A stretch of 61,049 nt of DNA, the filler included, from an uncultured virus (IMG/VR IMGVR_UViG_3300005239_001275) (lineage: Duplodnaviria; Heunggongvirae; Uroviricota; Caudoviricetes; Crassvirales). It is 4 parts of one record of this genome, joined end to end, with 100 filler letters (N's around TTAATTAATTAA, not from the genome) between each part and the next. Parts side by side here need not be neighbours in the genome. Positions count along the whole stretch, not along the records: positions 28,322 to 58,880 come from IMGVR_UViG_3300005239_001275; positions 58,981 to 61,049 come from IMGVR_UViG_3300005239_001275; 2 more parts are not named here. One strand, given 5' to 3'. This document shows positions 52,901 through 61,049 of this stretch, in pieces. The notes below the pieces were generated by a model that worked only from the letters and a program-made list of their open reading frames with translations, was not told the origin of the DNA and searched no databases. The stretch's first letter is position 1. The number at the start of each line of letters is the position of its first letter. The translations under genes were made by a program, and so were the position numbers.

Positions 52901-55860
52901 CGGTTAATACTTCATCTGCTCCTTGACCTTTTGTTCTAGTTAATATTCTAGTATAAGCTTCTGGATTTGCTTCTTTTAAATATGATAGTATTAGTTCGCT
53001 TGATTGTTTAAACGCGCTAGAGTCTACACCTAAAGCCTCGGTTAGTATAACGTGTCCTAACTCGTGGAGACTTGTTTGACTTCTCTCGTTAGCTATAGAG
53101 TTTTGAACAGTTGTTACTGAATCGTAAACTGTTTTACCTGTTTTTGTATTTGTTGACGGAATATTTATACCATTTATTCTACCGCTATTTACTCCTTCAG
53201 TAAAATCTTCTATATATTTTTGAGCTTGTTCTTCTGTAATGCTGTTATTAGAGTCTGNNNNNNNNNNNNNNNNNNNNCTTTTTTAAAGTTATTTATACCA
53301 TTTTGAATAGTATTAAATTCAAACTCTAAACTTTTAAGCATAGATTCTTTCTGCTCAGCTGGTATACTATCACTATTGTCTAGTGCTTCAGCTTGAACTC
53401 TAAGCTCCTCCTGTCTTTTCATAGATTGCTCTAATAAAGAAGCTCCTTGTTTATTTAAATTATTAGTTGTTAAATTTATTCTATTTTCTAATATTTTTTT
53501 ATTTTGATCTTCTAGTTCTTGTTTCTGTTTTCTAAAAGCTTGTTTGTCTGATTCTGATACAAACGGACTTTCTATAGCACTGTCTAAACTTTTTATCATT
53601 CTAATATTAGCTCTATAGTCTGAGGTTGTATTATAATCACTTAACACGGCTGCAGCTGCTCCTTTAAAGAAACCAGCTCCTTTAAAAGTTGAAGCAAACA
53701 TTCCTCCTGAAAATACTGATTCCTTAACATTTTCAAATAAAGGTCTACCATCTATTCCATTTTGAAATATAGTGGTTAAACCTTCACCGCCAGCGTCAAG
53801 AAGAATTTCTCCAACGTCTTGACTAGCGTTGAGTCTAATGTTTCTAAAAAAGTTTTTCCAACCGTCTAATATTTGTCTTTTTCCGTTTTCACTAGCTCCT
53901 CTTAATGTTCCTTTTAGAATTAAAGAAGTAGGAGCCACGCCAAAAGCGTATTCGGCAGCACCAAAGCCTAATGACTGTAAGAAAACATTAAACTCGTTGT
54001 AGGCTCTACCACCTTTTGTTTCTGCTTCTAGCTGTCTTTGAGCTTGATATTCACCGCCTGAACTAGCCGATACAGCTAACATACCTAGATTGCCAGAAGC
54101 TATAGCAGCGAATATAGGCGCTTGATTTATTGTTTGATCTAAAGCGTATTCCCCGAAATTAGATAAACTTTTAAATGCGTTTTTGAAACTTACAGGTTTA
54201 TAATATTTGTTAGCTACAAATTCTTTTACTTCAACAAGCTTTTTAGCTTCATCTTGAAAAAATGTAGCGGGTTTTGCGGCTCCAATTACTTTTCCTTCAT
54301 TGTCTACTTCTAAAGTTGTAGCAGACATAAAATTATTAGCTTTTTCTAAAAGCGCTGCAGTGTTTAAGCCTATACTTAATGCGCCTAGTTTTAAGTCTGT
54401 AAATCTTTTTTCAAATTTATCATAATTTCTTTTTAAAGCATCTAATTGAACGTCAGAATCCTCAATAACAGATATCATGTCATTATACTCTGTCATTCTA
54501 TTCTCTAGATCTAACTGTTCATTTTTTAAATTAGATCCTTGTATATTATAATATTGTATAAAATCCTTGTAATTATTAGCTAAGTCCCTATATTCAATTA
54601 AGTCTTGAGTTATATTTTGACCTTTTTTCTGCTTGTTTTGAATTCTATTTTGAACAGATTTTATTTGTTGTTGTTTAGATTTTAAAGATTTACTATAATT
54701 TTCAAAATTTTTAACTAAACTACTATCTTTAAATTTGTTTAAATCTAGTTCAAGCTCTTTAGCAAAATCATTAATTTCCCAAGTAGCTCTATTTCTTTTT
54801 CANNNNNNNNNNNNNNNNNNNNNNNNNNNNNNNNNNNNNNNNNNNNNNNNNNNNNNNNNNNNNNNNNNNNNNNNNNNNNNNNNNNNNNNNNNNNNNNNNN
54901 NNNNNNNNNNNNNNNNNNNNNNNNNNNNNNNNNNNNNNNNNNNNNNNNNNNNNNNNNNNNNNNNNNNNNNNNNNNNNNNNNNNNNNNNNNNNNNNNNNNN
55001 NNNNNNNNNNNNAAACCTACAGTTGATCCAGCAGCTAATTTACCAGTTGTAGTGACAGCGCCACCAGCCATCATACTTAAACTTACAGGCGCGCTTCTTG
55101 TTATTCCTTGAGCTAAAAGTTTAAAGCCATCACTGTAGTTACCTTTTTTAAAGTTTTCGTATATACCTTTTGAATCATAATTTTCATTATCATATATATC
55201 AACTACGTTTTGTAGTTTTTTTGCTTCTTCCTCGTAATAATCTAGTATGGGATTTGATAAACCTTCTTCTTCTTTAAAACTTTTAGAAGATGTTTCAAAA
55301 TCTAAATATCCTTTAGCTTTTAAAGTCTGTATATAAGGTCTTAGCGTAACAGGATAACTATCTGGATCAGCGGCTAGGTTCTGCGGTATAGAAGCTATAT
55401 CATATAGAGTTTCTGGTATAGAAGCAGCCATTTTACCTAAATCAATAGAACCAAGCTCAAAAGATAAACCTAACCTATCTAGCCAATCCATTTCAGCGGC
55501 TTCTCTTTTCTTTTCTTCTTTATCTAAATAAGATTTCCACTCGTCTTTACTTACGTATTTACCGTCTATATTGTATGTTATTTCAGGTTCTGGTGATACC
55601 GAAAAAGTATCTTCCAAACCAAATTCCGTAACGGGTTTTGGTGCTTGTTGAGGTCCCATTGACGGAGCAACTGCACCCGGTACACCGTCTTTTTTCTTTA
55701 CTGCACCAAGATCTACTTCTTCAAGCTCTACAGTTTCAGAAACTTCAACTTCTTGCTCACCCCATTTATTAGATTTTTTCCACTCTTTAACCAATCTAAC
55801 TTTTTCATCATTAGAAAGTGATGGATCTAAAGAATCTACGTATAGTTCTAATTCGTTCAT
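46938..55860 (-). CDS. Giant polyvalent ejection-type protein (roughly 3000 aa), fragmented by gaps and frameshifts
   Basis: Co-oriented open fragments with HELGH peptidase, a sigma-2-like segment, HAD and P-loop motifs and a helical C-terminus. Follows two ejection-type genes; joining the fragments is inferred. Confidence 0.6.
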
Positions 55861-55870
55861 TTAATTAAAT

Positions 55871-56917
55871 TTATAGGTTATTAGCTTCGATAAACGCTTG
55901 TGCTTTAGCTTTTTTAGCTTCAGCTAAATCAAACACCATAGCATCCTCAGGCACTGTAGGTAACTGATTTTTTGTAAATTGAAGTAAATAATTATTCATA
56001 AAGTAATCTTTATATTTTTTAGAGAACTCATTTTGCTTGTTTTGGTCTAATGGTAAATCCTCCGTATAAGACCAATATTTACCCTCAGACAAGTAAACGT
56101 TCCAAGCAGCTATAGTTTCTTCCTCAGAAGCCATCGTAGCGGCTATCTCGGCTTCTATAAATGGAGTAGAAACTCTTTTTATTCTATCCATATCGTATTT
56201 CAATATGTTTCTACCTTTACCATTACCTATTTCTACGATTTCGTAATCAAAATTACCATCTGCAGTTTTAAGTATAAACTCTTCTTTTATTTTAGCACCT
56301 GATTTTAATTGACCAGCTTCGCTAACATCTTCTGGTGAAAATATATTAACCTCAGTTAATAGCTTAACCATATCTTTAGTTATATCTGGTGTCGATGCAA
56401 CTATTGTAGTGCCTGCTTCATTCAAAGAATTTAATGCAGAGTTATTTATAACTAACGGTTTTTCAAACGCTGGTCCAGTAAAAATAATATCTTGAGTACC
56501 ATCTTCTAGCAAATGTAAAGCAATATCATAACCATCAGTTTTAGAAAAGCCTGGTCGTTCTTTTAATATAGAGTTTATTACAGTATATTCAAAGTTATTA
56601 TTAGGATCAAAGTTTGGTTCTTCTGTTATTTCAACATTAGAAATGAGCATAGATAAAAAATCTAAAGCAGCTTGAGGCGCTTGCTCTAGTTGCTTTACTT
56701 TGTTTAATTCATACTCACAATAGTCAGATGTACAGTTGTTTGTTTCTATAGCTATTTTAAGCTTAGCATAGATTTTACCTGTATCTCTAAAAGCTTTACC
56801 CAGAATATCAAAGTTAACATCAGATGATCTAGCTATATAGTCTTTATTAAAGCCCATAGCACTACTTTCTGCCATTTGCTTTATAGTAAGATTTGTAATT
56901 ACATTTTTATTACTCAT
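55871..56917 (-). CDS. Putative ejection/internal virion protein
   Basis: 348 aa between the tail genes and the giant protein; call is positional. Confidence 0.45.
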   Translation of the reverse strand: MSNKNVITNLTIKQMAESSAMGFNKDYIARSSDVNFDILGKAFRDTGKIYAKLKIAIETNNCTSDYCEYELNKVKQLEQAPQAALDFLSMLISNVEITEEPNFDPNNNFEYTVINSILKERPGFSKTDGYDIALHLLEDGTQDIIFTGPAFEKPLVINNSALNSLNEAGTTIVASTPDITKDMVKLLTEVNIFSPEDVSEAGQLKSGAKIKEEFILKTADGNFDYEIVEIGNGKGRNILKYDMDRIKRVSTPFIEAEIAATMASEEETIAAWNVYLSEGKYWSYTEDLPLDQNKQNEFSKKYKDYFMNNYLLQFTKNQLPTVPEDAMVFDLAEAKKAKAQAFIEANNL

Positions 56918-56923
56918 TTCTTA

Positions 56924-57621
56924 TTATTTAAATAAATCATCAAAACCACCAGATAATCCAGCTTGAGCGACAGTTCCAAACATGCCAGTTATAGCGGATG
57001 TTTGATCTGCTTTGGCTTGAGCTTGAGCTGCCTGTTGTTGACCCAGCATTGCAGCTGTTCTATCTAATACTTGTTGTTCTCTTTGCTCTGTAGCGCCAAA
57101 AACAAATTGTTTTCCAGCCGCACCAGCTTGCTGCATGCGTCTTTCTTCAGCCATTTTTTGTTGTTGCAATTGCTGCTCTCCTTGTGCTTTTAGTTTTTCG
57201 TTCTGCGCTTCTTGTTGCTCTATACTAGCTGAAACTCCTTTTTTACTTCTAAGTGCTGCTTGAGCTAGCGCTGTTGCTCCACCAGCCGAAGCACCTGTAG
57301 CTCTAAGTGTATCTAAAGTATTTGCTAAAGATATATCAGCTTCTTCACTTGCATTTCAGCGGCTTGAGTAGCAACACCTAAATTAGCGTATGGATTTGAA
57401 ACCATACCACTTAAATCTGTAGCTAATGACGATATATCTTTAAAGTCTTGATAAGGGTTTGTGATAGCTTGTCTACTGTTTTCTAATGCTGTAAGTTTAC
57501 CTTCTAATCTTTTCTTTTCTTTTGCCGCTGCTCTAGCTCTTTTTCTAGCTTTGCCTCCACCAAAAAGACCACCTATTAGTGATACTGCTCCTCCTATAAG
57601 GGCACCTGTTATTGGTTCCAT
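56924..57621 (-). CDS. Putative DNA ejection/pilot protein (frameshift near 57345)
   Basis: Gly-rich hydrophobic N-terminus GALIGGAVSLIGGLFGGG and a Q/A-rich coiled coil. Confidence 0.6.
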
Positions 57622-57631
57622 AATTTATTTT

Positions 57632-58880
57632 TTAGTATGATGATTCCACTATGTCTGATGACACAGAGAACAATTCTTTTTTAGTTGTAGGATAAATTGA
57701 ATTATTTAGTTTCATTTTTACAGTTGAATAAAAACCTTTTATACCTGACATATCTGCTCCATATAGTATTTCACCACTTACAGCAGGTGAATTATTTATA
57801 AGGTTTGCAAAATATTTATCTTCTTTTTTCTTAAATGTGTTAGACCATATTTGAGTCTCTAAGCTAGCTAAATTATCCTGAAATACATATTTACCTATTG
57901 GTAAAGTTTTGTCATTAGAACTAGCCACCATGCTTTCTAACTCCCAACCTAAAGCACCCTCGTAGTTAATTGTTTTAAAGTTTTTAACAACTGAAGGATT
58001 AGAGTTTAGTATTATCGTTACATCTGAATCGTAACTAAATCCATAAAACTGAGCATAGTTACCTAAATAGTGTTGATAAAGTTTACCAGTATTAAATGTA
58101 TAAAATACATTACTTAAACTAAAAGAATAATTAGGTTTGTAACTAGAAAAACTAGTCCAACCTAATACGCCCTCGTCAAAAGTAACTGTAGAAAAAGGTT
58201 CTGTCCAGCATATTATAGTTTGTAAAGCTGGTATTGGATTTGTTAGATTAGCTACAAAAGAAGCTGGATTAGATGTTTGTATAACAGAAACGATAGTTCC
58301 ATAAAATTCTCCTGTTATTTGACCTGACGTTGTATATTTATATATATTATCTCCAGCAGCAATGTCACCTATGGTAGCATTTAATGTTACAGTTACATTA
58401 CTACCTGCATTGGCAATATTTTGACCATTTTGGGCTACGTTACCCGTATTTCTTTCTTGCTGTGTAGATACAACATAGTTTTTAGAATGTGAGTTCCACC
58501 CTCCAACTACTCTAGCCGCGTTAGCTAGTTCGTCTCTAAAAAAGTCATGCATACCATAAGATGATATTTCAGTTATACCATCAGCTGATAATCTTAGTAC
58601 ACAACCTCTTTTTTTATCTGTAAAGTATTTTCTATAACCATATACAGCAAAACTTTTCTGGGTTTGTGCTTATACCATATTCACCAGCGTAAGCAACAAT
58701 TTGACCTATAACTTGTAATGATGATGTAATCGATGCGTTACCTTCTGCAGAATATATAGCATCTTTATCTATTAAAGCTCTACTTACTTTGTCTTCTTGA
58801 AATATAATTAAGTTAGTATCTTCAGCATATAATAATTGTATTGAACCATTTGCTGGGTCTGCAGATCTAGTTATATCTTG
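57632..58880 (-). CDS. Tail stabilisation protein, second divergent copy, partial
   Basis: DTNLIIFQEDKVSRALIDKDAIY, GWTSF and SGIKGFY match 10-1860. Confidence 0.7.
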
Positions 58881-58980
58881 NNNNNNNNNNNNNNNNNNNN
58901 NNNNNNNNNNNNNNNNNNNNNNNNTTAATTAATTAANNNNNNNNNNNNNNNNNNNNNNNNNNNNNNNNNNNNNNNNNNNN

Positions 58981-59683
58981 AAAAGTCCATAGCTTTTTGT
59001 TGGTCTTGTGTCGTACCAGGTCTCAACTTGATTTCCTCGTAATATTGACTTTTTAAACCATCTAAATGCTTTCGGGCTTTTGCAACCTCTTCTTTATACG
59101 CAAGTTTCTTTTTACGAATCTCACGCTCCTCATCCACTTCTTCATCATATGAAAAATTATCTTCAATCATGAAGTTAATTTCACTTGAATCTAAGTGTGA
59201 TTTGGCTTGTTTGTAATACTCTCTTAATAGAGTATCATTATCTACATTAGAATAGTCTGCATTTAATCTTACATAATCTTCTAACGTTCCACCAGTTTCT
59301 TTCATAAAGTCTACAACTTTTTCGATGTTTTCTGGTAGCTTAGCTACTTCTCTTGCCTCTTCAGGCGTTGGAGCAATAACTTTTTCTTCAATTTTTTCCC
59401 CTAATTCTACTATTTCCTCTTCAACAACCTGCTCTACAGGTTTTACTTCTTCTTCAACTTCAGAAATCGGGCTGGACTCTGGTACTTGTTCGTCCACTTC
59501 AGGGCTATTTCCGGTTTGTTCTTCCACAACCACCTTCTTTGTTTCTCCGACTTGAATGGCATCTGTTTCTTTTTTAGGTTCTTCTTTTTTTGATAAATCG
59601 ACTTTAATAATATCGTTTTTTACCAATTGTTTAGGCTTCTTTTTTATTTTAAAAGAGCCTTCTTCTTTTACTTGTTCTGACAT
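58981..59683 (-). CDS. Scaffolding-like protein, second genome, partial
   Basis: LPENIEKVVDFMKETGG.LEDYVRLNADYSNVD matches 12187-13371. Confidence 0.7.
59443..59562 (-). CDS. Overprinted 39-aa basic protein inside the second scaffold gene
   Basis: MPFKSEKQRRWLWKNKPEIALKWTNKYQSPARFLKLKKK*. Confidence 0.7.
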   Translation of the reverse strand: MPFKSEKQRRWLWKNKPEIALKWTNKYQSPARFLKLKKK

Positions 59684-59714
59684 AATATAATATAATAAAA
59701 ATTAATAAATAGAT

Positions 59715-61049
59715 TTATTGCGGTGTAAACTGCTCTAAACCAAATCCGCCTAAGTTATCATTACCTGCTGATTCAAAATCTGTAGGTAGTAAATCATTTT
59801 GACGTTGTTCAATCATTTGTGATTGTTGTGTTGCTTGTAGTTTTGTTCTTTTATCTTTACGATCTTCTATAAACTGTTCTTTTTCTTTGTCTCTACCAAT
59901 TTGAGCTTGAGCTAGTTGTAAACTATACTGAAACTCTTCAGCCATTAATTGTTTTTTAATTAACGCTTCCTGCTCCATTCTTTGTATTTCAAACTGTGAC
60001 TTAGCTTGTTCGATTTGTATTTCAGTTTGTGCTAAAGCCTCTTGTTTTTGTACTTCATTTAAAGCAGCTTGCTCAGAAGGCTGCATGTTAGCTTGAGCTT
60101 GGGCTTGTATTTGTTTTTCTTGAGCAGCTTGATCTTGTTTTTGCTTTTGTATTCTTCTGTATTTTAATATCTGATTAGCTAAAGTTATATTTTTAACTTC
60201 TCTAATATCAATAGCATCTTCTAAATATATTTGACCAGACTGTAAAGCAACTTGTATGTTTTGTTCTAACATAGCTTTTTCTTCATCATCAGGTTCAAGT
60301 TCTAAATAAATACCAAAATCATATAAATGAAGATTTTTAAGTTCTTCTAAGTTTTGAGTGTTAGTTAAAGATATACTTTGCATTAATGCTTGCTTAGTTA
60401 AATCAAACTCTAAAGCATCGGCTAATCTTAAAGATATATTTTCACAAGCTCTTAAAGTTAAGTATAAACTAGCATCAACAATATGCTTAGTTGCTATATT
60501 TGAAGCGTTGGCAGCCATTTTTTGCAAGCCAACTAAAGCGTCTTTGTCTGGTAAACTGCCGTCTCGCGCTTCATTTAATCCTGTCACATCTCTTATCATT
60601 TGTAAATAATACTGATAAGTAGCTATAAGTGACTGTATTTTTCCATTAGAACTTGAAGTCTGTAATTCTTGTATAGGTACTTTACCCCTATTAGGATCTC
60701 CATCTTGTGTTAAACTTCTACCAACTATACTACCAGTTTGAAAATACATGTTTAATGCCTCTTGTGGATTATAATTGGTACCATTACCTAAATCAACCTC
60801 TGCTAAACCATCAACATCTACAAATACACCATCTGGTACCATACGTTGAATTACTTGCTGTAATTTTAACGATGTTAATTGTATCATATCTGCAAAACTT
60901 GTACATCTACTAACTAAAGATTCAATACGACCTTGATATAAATTAGGTGCACATATAACATAGTTCATTTTAACCTTAGTTAAATCACTATTAGGTCTTG
61001 TCATGTTTTTAGCTAACTTCCACTCTAACATTTGTGAACACCCATAACT
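59715..61049 (-). CDS. Portal protein, second genome, 5'-truncated
   Basis: Colinear with 13402-15789 (DGLAEVDLGNGTNYNP, IRDVTGLNEARDG) but diverged. Confidence 0.85.
   Translation of the reverse strand, partial: SYGCSQMLEWKLAKNMTRPNSDLTKVKMNYVICAPNLYQGRIESLVSRCTSFADMIQLTSLKLQQVIQRMVPDGVFVDVDGLAEVDLGNGTNYNPQEALNMYFQTGSIVGRSLTQDGDPNRGKVPIQELQTSSSNGKIQSLIATYQYYLQMIRDVTGLNEARDGSLPDKDALVGLQKMAANASNIATKHIVDASLYLTLRACENISLRLADALEFDLTKQALMQSISLTNTQNLEELKNLHLYDFGIYLELEPDDEEKAMLEQNIQVALQSGQIYLEDAIDIREVKNITLANQILKYRRIQKQKQDQAAQEKQIQAQAQANMQPSEQAALNEVQKQEALAQTEIQIEQAKSQFEIQRMEQEALIKKQLMAEEFQYSLQLAQAQIGRDKEKEQFIEDRKDKRTKLQATQQSQMIEQRQNDLLPTDFESAGNDNLGGFGLEQFTPQ

Noticed and set aside
1..61049. CRISPR array, stop-codon reassignment, integrase or reverse transcriptase
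   Set aside because: No repeat-spacer array is present, genes read through in the standard code, and no such motifs were seen.

Overview
AT-rich phage DNA from a crAss-like, short-tailed virus. A Bacteroidota/Flavobacteriia host is inferred from the protein families and the lack of Shine-Dalgarno sites. It is a gapped draft: four pieces are joined by artificial N-TTAATTAATTAA-N linkers (26728, 28266, 58925), and there are several probable indel errors. It mixes at least two related genomes, since the portal, scaffold, tail-stabilisation gene and holin block each occur twice. Minus strand 1-26.7 kb: tail, capsid, scaffold, portal, TerL, tail fibre, holin, GroES/GroEL. Plus strand 27-43.6 kb: early genes with a repeated phage-specific promoter, an RNA cluster, ligase, sigma factor, ERF/exonuclease, primase-helicase, a dCMP-hydroxymethylase-like enzyme, MazG, resolvase and RNR. 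Minus strand 43.6-58.9 kb: lysins, small basic proteins, a ~9 kb giant polyvalent ejection-type gene and two smaller ejection genes. Main observations: (1) a 78-nt tmRNA tRNA-like domain with no mRNA domain; (2) a sigma-70 region-2-like segment, an HExxH peptidase and a kinase-in-HAD module inside the giant protein, plus four fixed-spacing TTACAAA-N18-GGATAAT promoter-like sites; (3) a conserved small gene overprinted inside both scaffold genes; (4) three 12-21-12 palindromes; (5) a cytosine-modification cassette. All protein family calls come from motif recognition, not database searches.
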